Source: Eledone cirrhosa (lineage: Eukaryota). Taken from it: a stretch of DNA of 64,000 bases. Below, in pieces: positions 1 to 14,120 of this stretch. A program made the position numbers and the translations under genes. Under the pieces are notes generated by a model. It saw nothing but the letters and a program-made list of their open reading frames with translations, was not told the DNA's origin and searched no databases. The DNA is taken from contig OZ024746.1 of the NCBI GenBank assembly GCA_964016885.1, forward strand, positions 29,698,001-29,762,000, given 5' to 3'. Position 1 is the first letter of the stretch. Each line of letters opens with the position of its first letter.

Positions 1-1904
1 GTGTGTGTGTGTTGTTCAGAAAGTAAATGGAAAAGAACACACCTAAAGATATATTACAGTGAAGATAGTTTCACTAGAATATAGAATGATAAAAGAAGAA
101 ATGACAAAATAGACTGGAACAAGGTGAAATAATATATTTTGCCCAAGGACCTAACACACTGCCGTGAGTCGAACTCAAGGTTACAACTTAGCACTCTAAC
201 CCTTCACAAAGTTGCAGTCTGTTATTAATGTCTGTTCGTTATTTTATTCTCTCTCTCTCTGTCTCTCTCTCTCTCTCCCCGCACCCTCTCTGACATATTT
301 TTCAAATTGGTTGCGCTGTGCTGTGGGGAGGTCGTATGATATACCAGTCAATGTGTCTGCCATGATAGAAATTATGGGAGACCCTACTGACATAATTAAA
401 CATCATCAGAAAGCTTTGAGGTACCACCCACACTCCAACAGATGGCGGTTGCAGCTGAAGATCATAGACAAGGATATGTACATTTCCTGTTTGTTAAAGC
501 ACTGTCAATATTTGAGTATAGCTTTTTTTCGTTTTCATGGTAACGATTTTGTGAGTCTCTAATGATATATATTGAATACATTTGTTGTCTTCCTTTTATA
601 TGTTATTTACGTTGGTGAGAGTTTTCATTGTTTTGTTACGAAGATCCATTAAAGAACAAACACACAAACATACAAAGCAAAGTCTCTTTACATAAACTTG
701 CAGTGATAGTTTGTTTCAGTTTACAAATATCAGGGTTTCAGGAAAATAGTAAACAAGTACATAACAGGAAAAACGCATCGTTAATGTTATATGACTATAA
801 ACTATGATCAATACAGGACAATAATGAAATATGACTAAACTAGCAAAGAACCACGACGGCACAACATTTGCCATTACACGTGACCGTTTTATTCCTTCTC
901 CACCACTACTACCACCTCCAAAACACAACGGAAATGAGAGAAAAAAAATGACACAAAAAATTTCGATGATAAAAACAACAATGCAAACGTCAGTTAAATG
1001 TAATGTGAGGCTGAACTATAACGTCGTATTGTATAGAAACATGCCACTTGAGGAGGAAAGACGCATTGCAAGAAAAGTTGGTAGAAATACTAGAAAATCG
1101 ATGTTATCAGTGAACGGTCATGTTGCCTTAATGGTTTCGGACGTTGCTGTTTGAGAAGAAAGAGGCAAATGTGATGGATAGTAAAGATAAGAAACCACAG
1201 TGTAATTCAATACCTTCTCCTCCAAAACATCAACGAAGTACTGTAAATCATAGGACAAGTCAAAGCATCACGACTGACGTTATCATAAAATATTGAGTAT
1301 AGTAAAATTAATTGAAACAATGGTCCATTGAGAATACCTTTGATTGAAGCAGGAAAGTCAGCTTCTGATACAGAAATTCAACAGTCTGCGGAAATACTCT
1401 CACTGGTGTTCCCAAAGCAAATAAACAAATAAACGCCGTGATTGACATTAAAACATTGGATATCAAACCGCCAGAAGCACCCACTGTTTCTACGATACAA
1501 AAGTCTTTATATTTATCTAAAACCTTCAATCATAATTGTATGTAAGAACCTTTGTTAAATTATGTTCCAAACACTGGCTTAATATTGATAAATTCAGTCA
1601 TATTTTAAAAGCTTTCAAATTTATTCAAAACGGAAAGACAGTGTCTAAATATCGTATCAAACGTGTTAAAGACTGCTTGGATATTACACCGACATCTTAA
1701 CTGTTATGGACAAGAAAACATGCGAAGTTAAGAATTACTTATCTATATTATACTGACGCTTCAGTTATGGATAAAAAGATATGTTAAGTTAAAAGCAAGC
1801 TGAAGGAAGCCACAAGCTAGAATTGTACAGAACGGCTCCTTGCTATCCTGAAAGAAAGTAAGCAGTCCCAATGGAACTTTCTTCAGCATGTTATATTGTG
1901 TGGA

Positions 1905-2125
1905 CGCAAAATGGTCGAAGGTTTAAGAGGTTGATTTCGTAATCATTTGATCCAGGGTTCAATCCTACAGTGTGGCATCTTGAACAAGTGACATTTACCA
2001 TAGCTTCGGCTTGCCACATACCTTGTGAGTGAGATTGGTAGATTGAATCTGTTTGGAAGCCCACCAGCTATGTCACACACTGTCACGTTGAATCTTCCTG
2101 AACATTCAGTTTAGGGTACACGTTT
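1905..2125 (+). mobile_element. Degenerate tRNA-derived SINE
   Basis: B-box-like GGTTCAATCC, then CCTTGTGAGTGAGATTGGTAGA...GGAAGCCC. The same block recurs at about 21287-21445, 26865-26915, 48950-49110 and 56866-56990. Boundaries approximate. Confidence 0.6.
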
Positions 2126-2129
2126 GCAT

Positions 2130-4680
2130 TTGTGAGGAGGCAGATCTGTTGTGCGTCGTGGCAACAAAGCCACGATCCGGTCTTTGGTGGACCACGACGG
2201 GCGCATTCTACTCGATCCCGGGAAAATGTGTGAAGCTTTTCAGCGACACTTCGCTCAGTTGTTCGGGGGCAGCGGCGGGCCGGATCGAGGGATGGACTTT
2301 AGTGTCTACCTCGACGGACTGCCGCGGCTCTCGGCCTCTGAGACGGAGTGTTGCGAAAAGCCGATAACAGCCGCTGAAGTACGGGAGGCAATGACTAGCT
2401 GCACAAGGGGTAAATCGCCTGGTTTGGATGGTCTGCCCTATGAACTTTACGTACAGATGCCAGACTTGTTCGGAGGCCTCTTGGCGGACGTCTACTGCAA
2501 CTGGCAACAGAACGGGAGAATTCCCAGCTCTGTGAGCCGAGAAGCTGTGGCGCTGCTGAGAAAGGATCCGAACAAGGGGGATAATATAGATAATTTTAGG
2601 CCCATAACTCTGCTAAACACAGAGTTCAATATTTTGGCCAAGGTGGTCTGGTGGGAGAGGCGCAGACATGCGCCATTCCCGACAGATCCATCCACGACAA
2701 CCTCCACCTCATGCGATACATCGTAGAGAGGGTAGCTAGGGATCCTGGCACGGGTGGGTCCTTCATCAATTTAGATCAGTCAAAAGCTTTCGATAGGATC
2801 GACCATCGTTACCTAACGGCAGTCCTGAGGGCGGCTGGCTTTGGGACCGTCTTCAGAGGCTGGATCGCTGCCATGCACAGCGACATCTGCTCTGTGGTGA
2901 GAGTGAACGGTCACCTTTCGGAACCGTTCAACATCATGCGCTCGGTCCGCCAAGGATGTCCCCTCTCGTCCCTCTTGTACGTATTGACTCTCGAGCCATT
3001 ACTGCACAAACTGGAGACGTTGAGGGGGGTCCCGCGCGAACTAGGATGCGGAAGATCCGTGTCAGCATATGCGGACGATGACACCGTAGTGGTGTCGAAC
3101 GCCACACACATCGAGGCGACGGCACTACACTAAGAGAATACGAAGCGGTGACAAAAGCAATGATCAACCAGGAAAAGTCAGTGGGCCTGCAGCTCGGCAC
3201 CTGGAGAGGCAGGTCCATGCCGTCCAACAGCGTCGTCGGGCGCTGGACGGACGGACCAGTTAAATTGCTAGGGGTCTGGTTTGGTCCGAATCTCCAGACG
3301 GACAAAAACTGGGACGAGGTGTCGAGCAGGGTGGCTTCTCTCACCCAGAAATGGGCCGAGAGGAAGCTATCCCTGAAAGGTCGAGCGGAGGTGGCTAACG
3401 TGTACATCGCGTCCGTCATCTACTACCGCCTGACCGTCGTACCTTGTCCTAAGCCCCTCCTGACTGCGCTGGAGCGTTTGCTCTTTCGCTTTTTGTGGAA
3501 GGGATGCGCTCCGATGGTCAGGCGGTCCATCTGCTGTCAACACCCGCAACGTGGAGGGCTGGGCATGCCGTGGCTGATGATGCGCAGACACGCGCTCAGG
3601 CTACGACATTTCCACCTCTTCCTCGACGGTGATCAGATGTGGTCTCCGTTTGCTAGACGCGTCTTTCCTCAGCTCGTCTCCTTGACGGAGCTGCAGTCCT
3701 GGGTCAAGCGAAGACCGAGAGGGAGCGCTTGGAGACTGGAATGTCTTCAGGCGCTCACAGCCCTCGACCAATCGGGCAATGTGATCGGTGGAAACTCCAC
3801 CTTGGCGTTCTATAGAGGATTAGTGGAGGGGAAGAGCGACGACGTACTTGGGGAAACTCTAGGCGTCGACGAAAATCAACTAGCCAATCTCTTCGGAAGA
3901 ACTTTCGGGCCGGGGCCTATGGACAACCAGAAATCCCTAGTCTGGCAGTGCTACCGTGGAGCTTTGCCAGTTCGGGATAAACTCTACAGGCATGGAGGTG
4001 CCGTCACCCGGGTATGTCCGAGATGCGCGCAGGGCGAAAAAACCGTGCTGCACGCACTCGTCCAGTGTCCGAGCATCGCTGACTTGTGGGTTTATGTCGA
4101 ACACCTGCTGTCGCATGTAGGACGGATCCATCTATCAGCTGAGTCCATCGTGAGGATTGCCCTGCCCTCTTCCTTTAGCCGGGAAGGGCAGGCCGTTTTT
4201 ATCTGTCTGGTGGCCATGGCGAAAGAGATGGTATGGTGGACACGTTTGAAAGGCTGAAGACGAGCACTTACCTCTTCGGTGATGCCCTGATTAACTTTTT
4301 CAAATTTCATTTTAAAAGGAAAATCAGGGTAGAAAGGGAAGTGCTCTCTTCCCAGCATTTTGTTGAAAGATGGGTGAGAGAGGCAAGAATGCCCCGAGTG
4401 AATGGGCCTACTCCGAGTATATGTCTGTAAATTAAAGGTGGAAAACTGGGAGAGGGCACTTGCCCTGGTGGTCAGGGTCACTGTGGCTTTTTAATGGGCT
4501 TTCTCCTCGAATGTCCCTCGGAAGTCTCCCCCCTATTGGGGCATTTTTTCATTGTTCTATTATTACATCCTCTGTTTCTTATTTTTTACACGCAGAAATG
4601 CCCATTTGTACCGTCCTGTATTGTCCTGCACTGTCCTTAATGTCTACTTTATGTAAACCCTTGTGGTTAATAAAGAAATC
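2130..4680 (+). mobile_element. 5'-truncated L1-clade (Tx1-like) non-LTR retrotransposon
   Basis: GC-rich block carrying a disrupted ORF2. The 3' UTR ends in AATAAA (4669-4674) directly before an (ATT)n tract. Confidence 0.9.
2151..4430 (+). pseudogene. L1/Tx1 ORF2 reverse transcriptase plus C-terminal zf-RVT, frameshifted
   Basis: Motifs GKSPGLDGLPYELY, NFRPITLLN, LDQSKAFDRIDH, VRQGCPLS, YADD and CPRC...HALVQC across ORFs 2151-2726, 2651-3133, 3148-4257 and 4233-4430. Frame changes near 2645, 3125 and 4257. Confidence 0.9.
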
Positions 4681-4720
4681 ATTATTATTATTATTATTAT
4701 TATTATTGTTGTTGTTGTTG

Positions 4721-5384
4721 TTTGAGTCTCAATCATTGATGTTATTTAACTGGAAAGTTTGTTGAAATGAATATCAAGCCGCTACCTTCAGCCTCAGATA
4801 TTCAGGACGTATCGGAGGGTTCTTGCTGTTCCCAGCAAGCATGCCTTTTGAAGTGTTCCAAAAAGCGGGGCTGGACTAATCTTCTTTAACCATCCTTGGA
4901 AACTATTTGAGATAGTACCTAGTGCGCCTATGACAATCAGGACGACCTTGATTTCATGGCAGTTCTAAATCCTTTTTAACTCCCACTTTAAGTCCTGGTA
5001 TTGGTTAATTTTCTCCCTCTCCTTTTCTTTCACTCTCGTGTCTAATGGGCAAGCTATATCTACAATCAGGCACGATATTTTTTCCTTGTCCAAAACCACC
5101 AGGTCAGGCCTATTGTGTTCTTATTTCTTGTCCGTCTGTATTCTAAAATCCCACAGCACCTTCACCTCATCGTTTTCTATCACCGACTCTGGCCTATGCT
5201 CATACCACTTCTCAGAATGTGGTAAATTGTTTACTTTGCATAGATGCCAGTGGATCACCCTGCCTATCATATCATGTCTCCAGCCTTTATAGTGAGTCTG
5301 GGCTAGGTGTTTACACTCGGATACAATGTGAGCCACAGTCTCCTCTCTCTCTCCACAGATCCTACAGTGGGCTAGCCTCCTCCT

Positions 5385-5386
<2 letters not shown>
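4721..5386 (-). mobile_element. 3' end of an R4/Dong-type non-LTR retrotransposon with restriction-like endonuclease
   Basis: Minus strand reads CRICGEREETVAHIVSEC (CCHC), RHD, LWDFRIQTD, NRPDLVV, DIACP, IGALG and QKACLLGTA, with internal stops. The 3' UTR runs into (CAA)n(TAA)n. Confidence 0.88.
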
Positions 5387-5476
<90 letters not shown>

Positions 5477-5481
<5 letters not shown>

Positions 5482-5728
5482 TTGTCTTCCTGGTTTAGTC
5501 AAGATAGCGGACCACATCAAGTGGTCTAAGGTATAATGACGTTATTTCCTCCGTTTCAGTTTTTATCCAATATCTTTCATATTATCGTAGCCGTTCCAAG
5601 AAAACAAGGTTTCTGTGACGTTTTCACTGTCAGATTCAATTCTAGTTTTTCTATTAGTTTATCAAAATTCTTTGCGATCTTCTTTAAGGCGAATACTGGT
5701 ATCATTTCCACTTTTCTCGTCTTCCACA
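5477..5728 (-). mobile_element. Second, more degenerate R4/Dong-type 3' fragment
   Basis: Minus strand reads WKTRKVEMIPV...KNFDKLIEKL...QKPCFLGTATII*KILD, homologous to the C-terminus of the adjacent element. Confidence 0.7.
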
Positions 5729-5734
5729 CCCTTC

Positions 5735-5880
5735 AGTGGGCCGTATCGATAGGGCGTCAGACAATATGCTTTGCAGCTGATAGTTTTGGCTTTTTACGTT
5801 CTGAGTTCAAATCCCGCCGAGGTTAACTTTGCCTTTCATGCTTAGGAGTTCGATATAATAAAGTACTAGTTACGCACTGT
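5735..5880 (+). mobile_element. SINE with Meta-domain-like core
   Basis: GAGTTCAAATCCCGCCGAGGTTAACTTTGCCTTTCAT...; same family as the copies at 16963, 18021, 24243 and 41502. Confidence 0.7.
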
Positions 5881-5894
5881 AAATGTCTTCTACA

Positions 5895-6300
5895 AGAGTA
5901 GGTCAATCCCTCTGATAGGATCTGAAATTGAAAGATTGTATTCTTTAATGTCAACATCGGTGAAACGTCATTCGTTTTGGGCTGTTAAAGATTTAAATTT
6001 CAATAATAACAGATTTGGTATTATTCCGAAGAGGCATATGGCAAACTTCTTAACTTTAAGAACATTATTGTCGGTTAATATGTTTAATAATTTAATTAAT
6101 TGTTTTGACGTATTTAATGAATCCAGTTGAGACGTTGTTAACATTATCATGGTCCTTGAATTTGAAGTACGGGATTCGTAATATTAATGATTCTATTCTA
6201 TCATCCAAATCTAAAGCCGACGCTTTCCTTCTGATCCCATATTAATGTCGTTAGAATTATAATTATCCTCCTATGTGTTGGCAATAGTATTTATGGAAGC
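5895..6300 (-). pseudogene. Highly degenerate Naiad-like PLE reverse transcriptase fragment
   Basis: Minus strand LDLDDRIESLILRIPYFKFKDH and RFTDVDIKEYNLSISDP align by eye with LKLHDRTEPLRLKTPHFNLKDH and RFLQFDIENYYASISEP of the 29.8 kb element. Confidence 0.6.
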
Positions 6301-6619
6301 ACTCAATTTTGAGAAAGACCTCTCATGTATTAATGTTTCTGAAATTGAAATTATTCATCATGCAAGGAAATTCATTTAATCCTACGATAATCGCTTCTGC
6401 ATAAAATACTATCTGATGGCCATTTCGTTGACCTATACATCTTAAATCGCCCACATAGCAAATGTTCTTAATTTCTCCAAGGACTTCACACACATATTTT
6501 CACATCTAATCCCGAGAACCATCAATCATAAGAAATGTAAATTGAGAACAAAAAAATGTTCACAATTTATTCTAACTGCAATAAAAAAAATGACTGTCGA
6601 GTCCTTGTCGACGTCACTA

Positions 6620-7300
6620 TAACTTCAACATATTGCAGTATTTGCCATTGAAGAATCTCAATGAATCACTCCACTTCATACATACAGCTAGCAACCCATA
6701 GGATATCTTAAGCCATCTACTTCAACAACTTCCTTCTCAACGTTCTCGTCGTACTTGCAATAAATTGTCACGCACTTCGAATTAATACAACAATGCACAA
6801 CAATACATTGAAAGTTTGTAAAAAGATAAAAATATAAGATACAAAACAAGTATAACAAAATCATTTTACAAACAATGAAATGAGCCAACTGGTTTTTACA
6901 TTGATGAACCATTTACAAATGCACTTTCACTTCACTTCTTTTTCCCATCAGCTGAACTTCCACTCGCATCAAATCAGTTTATGTTCTTCATTGCAGTTCT
7001 CAATCCATATATATTGGAGAAGCTAGTGTTTATCACCAGGGTATAAATACATCTTATTGCTCTACGACCGCTGTATCTTTGTTCGAATTGTGGTTTCTAT
7101 AGTAGCAGTTTTGGTGTTACATTTTTTGGTGCTTTACAGTGCCTTGATAATACCCTAAAATACTGTTTCGTCATCTTGAATTATAATTATCGCTGTTGTG
7201 TTCTCGTCCAATTGCGTTGACAAACTTTTCTGGAATGCCGTATGCTGTTAGAATCAGAGGCATTCTTCCACAGTGTATACTGCCCAGAAATGATAGAAAA
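6620..7300 (-). pseudogene. Degenerate RTE-clade LINE RT fragment
   Basis: Minus strand SIHCGRMPLILTAYGIPEKFVNAI (about 7205-7283) resembles the RTE DSIHR...AYGIP motif. The remainder is heavily decayed. Confidence 0.5.
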
Positions 7301-7899
7301 TTCAAAGATAGTTTCTTATTGTACTGCATCAAACATTGTACGGTATTTATCCACCATCAATAACGAAAACATCAGTTTTCCGATCTAATGATTGACTCTT
7401 TTTTCTTTCTGATTTTCGTTGTTTTCTTTCCCCTACATGAACTATTGCATCGAATAGAGGATAATATAATTTGTCAAAATTCAAACCTCTTCAGGTTATC
7501 CGTGTCTGCTTTGCTTTACTGAATCTTATGATATATTATTTACTGTTTTATCACATCTTAAACGTCATTCAGTACTAGTGTCTCCTTGTTTGCATAAAAG
7601 CCCCAAGTCGCTAAAATATTTTTAAATGATTAACAGACTCAACAGTTGAAATAAGCGATTATTACTTACCAACTGCAAGTCCTGTATTAGGTTAATTAGT
7701 TCATTCAACACTACGTGACATAATGAGATCATTGTCAATTTGACTGTTTCATCATTGACGCTAGCCTTTGGCAATTTTAGATATCCATATGATTTAGTCG
7801 TGTTTACTCTCTATGCATTGTTATTCAAAGCGCTGTTGATACAAGAGGCTACGGAGCTCTACGTAACACGTAAATCTATAGATAACTGTATGCAATCCA

Positions 7900-8165
7900 G
7901 TGAAGGTGCAATGTTTAGAGGTTTGGGTGTTTGGCTCACGATCTTAAGTGTCTGAGCTTTATTCCTCGCGGAGTGTTGTGTTCTTGAGCAAGGATCTTAA
8001 TTTCACGCTGTTCCAGTTCACTCAGCTGGCAAATATTTGTTGTACCAGCAATTCAAAGTTACAGTTTTGTTACAGTGATACGGAATCTCCTTGAGAATAA
8101 CCTTATGAGTACACGTGTTTGTGGAACGCTCAGCGACTTATACATAAATTGCACAAGCCGGCTTT
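7900..8165 (+). mobile_element. CORE-like SINE
   Basis: TGTGTTCTTGAGCAAG...TTTCACGCTGTTCCAGTTCACTCAGCTG plus a tail also seen on the minus strand at about 14630-14790, 16400-16490 and 17410-17600. Related copies at about 27600-27730 (-) and 62610-62740 (+). Confidence 0.6.
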
Positions 8166-8657
8166 TTTTGCTGCAAACAACTGCAGCCTTCGTTGCTGGC
8201 ACAGGTGCAGGTGCAACAACGAACAATCCAAATGCGGAATCGATCTTGAGTGTGTTTAATATGTTAACGAAATTCTCCAAACTTTTCTCTGAAGTCTTCA
8301 ATCTTAAAATAAGCTAAGCATATTCCCATTATAAATGAACGTGTAATGAAAACACAAAGCCAAATAAAATAGAATAAATGCAATCTGCCTTTCATTTATT
8401 ATTTACAATCGTCAAGCTATTGTGCACAGCAATGACAAATTTATAAAACATTGCAGTGTAAGAAACTATCACTTTTAGATCTCCATGACAAAAGTGTACA
8501 TAAACTAATACTATCTTAATTTTTCTCCTTACAACTAGATTCTAGATAACTTTACAATGGCCGCTTAGCATTGTTCATTGATTTATTTCTTTATTCAGTC
8601 ATACAAGACTTACTGCAGCTTTTATATATATATATATATATGGGGGGGTGGGGGGTC

Positions 8658-8695
<38 letters not shown>

Positions 8696-9027
8696 CAATT
8701 TTATTTCTATTGCGGTACATACGATCATTTTAATCACATTATTTCACCTAAAACCATTTGGTGAATAAAATTCGAAACTAGTTTACATTTGAATGTCTGT
8801 CGTAGTGGCTTTTATCTCAATAATATCCCCTAAAGCAAACGCATCAAAACTGCAAAAACGCGTATATGAGAATTGTAATTCTAGGTATATATACAAAAAT
8901 ATATATATACATACTTGCTTTTATTACAATGTGTCTTCGTAAGAAATTGAGAACAAGAATATAAAATAAATTAAGAGAGAACACTGTACCCAATGTGTAT
9001 GTTCTGATTTTCATTGGAAAATTACAT

Positions 9028-9912
<885 letters not shown>

Positions 9913-9954
9913 CAAAGTGTTAAAACGATCAAATTTTAGCTTAGAACATTTATT

Positions 9955-10001
9955 TGCTGACAATTGTTTCTTCCAGAGGGAAGTCTGGGATCATCGGAGC
10001 A
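9955..10001 (-). ncRNA. Type I hammerhead-like motif, CCGAUGA core variant
   Basis: UGCU-CCGAUGA-ucCCAGAcuucccUCUGGaa-GAAACAAUUGUC-AGCA. Confidence 0.65.
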
Positions 10002-10422
10002 TAAGGAATGTCGAAACATGTTACTAAAATCCTAGTCATTTAGAACATTTAGGGTACATAATTGTTGTTAGTGTCAAAGGCATCATGTGGAGAGTCAGAA
10101 GTTAAAATGATGTTCTTCTTGAAAGAACACAATTACAGGCAGCACTGGTTGGAAGTGTAACAGGCATAAGTAAAAATCACAAGCAAAAAAATCACAGTAA
10201 AAAAAAAAAAAAATGTGATATTTTTTTTGCTTGTTTTTTTTTGGCTTGTTTTACTTATACCTATTACACTTCCAATCAGTGCTGCCTATAATTGTGTTCT
10301 TTCAAGCAGAACATCTTTTCATCTCCTGACTCTCCACATGATGCCTATGACACTAACATCAATTATGTACGCTAAATGTTCTAAATGACTAGGATTTTAG
10401 TAACATGTTTTGACATTCCTTA

Positions 10423-10469
10423 TGCTCCGATGATCCCAGACTTCCCTCTGGAAGAAACAATTGTTAGCA
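10423..10469 (+). ncRNA. Type I hammerhead-like motif, CCGAUGA core variant
   Basis: Mirror copy of 9955-10001 with a GUU triplet. Confidence 0.6.
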
Positions 10470-10637
10470 AATAAATGTTCTAAACTAAAATTTGATCGTT
10501 TTAACACTTTGTATCTCGGCTCTGTAAAACACTTGAAAACTTGCATTGAGCCTTTTGTCATACCAGTAACTACTTAGTGCTACCCTACATATTTATAGTT
10601 ATATCAAACATATATAAATATAAATATTTTTATTACT

Positions 10638-10692
<55 letters not shown>

Positions 10693-11356
10693 GAATAAAC
10701 ACGAATGCACATACAAATACACATGTATTTACTGATACACATATATATATATGGACTATACCTATATATATATATATACTATACACGCAAACATACATAT
10801 ATATAATATAATATCCACCTCATTGGAAAAAGACAGAAAAATCTCGTGAATCACTACATCATATAATTCAACAAACCGATATAAAAAGTATCACCAATAA
10901 AATTATATAAAACTTTAAAATAATGACTTAATCTTGATATGAAGGACCAGATTCATGTGTTCTGTCAGTAGATATAATGAAGCCTCTAACTTAACTTTGC
11001 CAAAAACCTACGTGAAATATTGAACCTGTAAAATGCATTAAATCTAATAGAACCAAAGAAACGTTACTGATATACATCATTGTACGTTAATTAATATTCC
11101 GGATTTATTTTTTCAACTCAACCAAGTAAATACGTGACTATATATTATCATATAAACCGTAATCTTATGTGAGTAATAAATTAAATATCTCAGCGTCGCT
11201 GTCAACATAAGCGAATATAGTGTTGCAAAGGTTTTGTTTTGTGTTATACCTTTTCGCCAGCAGACAACGTCGCATTGAGTTTACTACATTACAATGGTCT
11301 GTCAAGGTAAAGAGTAGTACGTAACGATAATATATATATATATATATATACATATA

Positions 11357-11446
<90 letters not shown>

Positions 11447-11504
11447 AAAGTGAGGTTTTTTTAACAAAACGAAAAATAACCGAAGTGACCTACACGAGTG
11501 AAAG

Positions 11505-12944
11505 TATAAGGAAAAAAGATGAAATCGAAAATGCAACTGCAGTCTTTTTTTTTAAAATATATATATTTATTTGGTTCCTTTACCGGTTTCGCAGTTCTTC
11601 TGCTTTTCAAACGGAACAAATACGAATAAATAAGGAAAATATGTTTATTCAAAAATATAGACCAGCGTTAGTTTAATATACATTATGTCAACACCATAAC
11701 ATGCTAACCATCCAAACAGACACATACATACGCACATTCATAACACCCTCTACTTTAGAAAATAAAAGCCAGAACTAAATAAACCTCAACATATTCTACA
11801 CCTTAACATGCTAACCACACAGCCCACCCACACATGACTCCCTCCCCCATTTCTACTAACGGAATCATTTTCCTACACAAGCACAAAAAAAATATATTCT
11901 CTCCATCTTAACATGGTAACCATACTCCCACACACACATACACACACACATAACAATAAAAAAATTATTGTTTTAATTAAAAATAATAACAATAATAATA
12001 GTAGTAGTACAAACAGCACTACCATCATCAATGTTTTATATAACACATACACAAAATATATATATTCTCTCCATCTTAACATGATAACCATACTACCACA
12101 CACACATACACACACACACACACACACACATAACACCCATACACACACACAACTCCCTCCCCCATTTCTACTAATAGAATCATCTTCCTACACACGCACA
12201 CACACACACACACACACACACGCGCACACACACACACACACAAGCACACAAATAAACATACATATCTCTACTTTATTTCAATAGAAAGTCTGAATTCTGA
12301 CACCCCAGCGCACCAACCAAATTCACTGAACCAGGACAATTCTCCCCATCCCATTTCTCTTGACCATTATCTTTTGTTTGGCACAAAATTCTTTAAATGG
12401 CTATAAAAAATTCCAAAAACGGGCGCGATTTTAATGTACTTGTTCACGTGACAGTCATAATTTCATTTATAACCAATCAAATTACATTTATTAAAAAAAA
12501 AGCCTTCGTGAGCCACTTTTCTTTAAGCAAAAAGAAATTCAAACACAAACTGACGCGAAAGCTGATGTGCTTATTCACGTGACTGCATCAACCAACCAAA
12601 ATTCACTCATATATGAAAAAAAAACAACCTGCCCCCCCCCCCCCCCCCCCCCCTTTTTTTTGTTTGAACAACTTTGTAACGCGAACTGGCGCGAAATTTA
12701 TTATACTTATTCACCAACCAATCAAACTGCTTCTCTAAAAACCTGGCATTTCGAGCCACTTTTTTCCATATAAAACAAGTAACATTCAAAGACCAACCAG
12801 ATGTGAGAAAAATCACAGACCCTCCATCTCAACTCTACTTTTGAAAAGCAGAAGGACTGCGAAACCACCGGCAAAGGAACCAAATAAATATATATATATT
12901 TTAAAAAAAAAGACTCCAGTTACATTTTCGATTTCATCTTTTTT

Positions 12945-12951
<7 letters not shown>
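11505..12951 (+). mobile_element. Non-coding 5'-truncated PLE remnant bounded by inverted pseudo-LTR ends
   Basis: 11505-11611 is the inverted copy of 12840-12951. It contains a decayed HHR (UUGAAAA-GCAG..CUGC-GAAACCGGUA). C/A-rich interior, with (TA)n nearby on both sides. Confidence 0.7.
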
Positions 12952-13005
<54 letters not shown>

Positions 13006-13111
13006 TATATATATAATAGTAGAACACTGATCGGTTATATCCGTAGTAGTAGAACACTCAGTCCAAGGGACGAGTTTGGTAGAAGTAGTTCCATAACAGT
13101 TGGTTCACCAT

Positions 13112-13154
13112 ACCAAGAACAAATGTTTCACCTTATTCGGATCCTCAGATCGGT
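13112..13154 (-). ncRNA. Partly decayed minimal hammerhead motif
   Basis: ACCGAU-CUGAGGA-uCCgaauaaGGu-GAAACAUUUGUU-CUUGGU, inside a short inverted duplication at 13081-13198. Confidence 0.45.
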
Positions 13155-13223
13155 CTTTTTAGACAGAGCTGAGGATCCACTGCTGTGGAACTACTTCTCT
13201 CTCTCTCTATATATATATATATA

Positions 13224-14120
13224 CAGGGTGGGGAATAATTCCTGTCACAAAGTTTTAAATCAATTTAAAAATACATTATGTTGCTAATATAACTAATATA
13301 TTTGTATCAAATCCATGCACTATAACCATATTAACTATTTTTCAGAAAATTACTGCATTAACAATTTGCAATGTCCATAGAATTGAAAAGAAAGTTCATA
13401 ATTGAAAAGAAAGTTCATAATAGAGAAGCATGAATAAGGCCTGACTCCACCCAAGATATTTAAACTGGGGAAAATTCTTAAGATCAACAGAATGTTGATC
13501 AAAAGGACAATCGAACGATTTAAGGAAACTTCCTCGACCAAAGACAGACTTCAACCCGGACGCCCTCGCACCTCAAGAACACCAAAACTCCTTAAAAGTG
13601 TGAGGGAAATAATAAGGCGTAATCCAAGAAGGTCCATGAGAAAAATGGCAGAAGAAGCAGAAACATCGCCGAGAACTATGCGGAGGATATGTCGAGATGA
13701 TCTGGAGATGTCACCCTATAAGTTCCAAAAGAGGCAGCTTTGAAAAGAGGCTCTCCAGAAGTAAACTGTTATTGAACAGTATCAAAGTTGGCACGCTGCA
13801 AAACATTATCTTTACAGATGAGAATTTATTCACTGTGCAGCAGTCTCACAATCATCAAAATGATCGAGTACTTGCAAAAAGTCTTAAAGTGTTCAGAACA
13901 CAGAAACCAGCATGCATCAGTGATGGTTTGGGCAGCCATTTCTGAAAGAGGGAAGTCTCCTCTGATTTTTGTGCCTCAAGGAGTTAAAATTAACAAAGAA
14001 CTTTACATAAAGGATATTTTGAAAGGAGCACTGATGCCATGGTGCACATCTGTTTTTGGCGATGACATTTGGACTCTCCAACAAGATGGAGCGACGAGCC
14101 ACAATACTCGCGTAACACAT
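13224..14120 (+). mobile_element. Tc1/mariner DNA transposon (maT/DD37D-like), 3'-truncated, transposase pseudogene
   Basis: Starts TA|CAGGGTG. Motifs GRPR, RRNPRRSMRKMA (HTH), IFTDE, HNHQNDRV, VMVWAAIS and QQDGATSH in three frames. The third catalytic residue and right TIR are missing. Confidence 0.85.

Noticed and set aside
831-1500. 107-aa ORF with an IPSPP...PKH motif echoed near 1210
   Set aside because: No recognisable domain or splice support; it could be a decayed repeat.
8735-8790. Hairpin followed by GAAACTAGTT
   Set aside because: No CUGANGA half or stem I.
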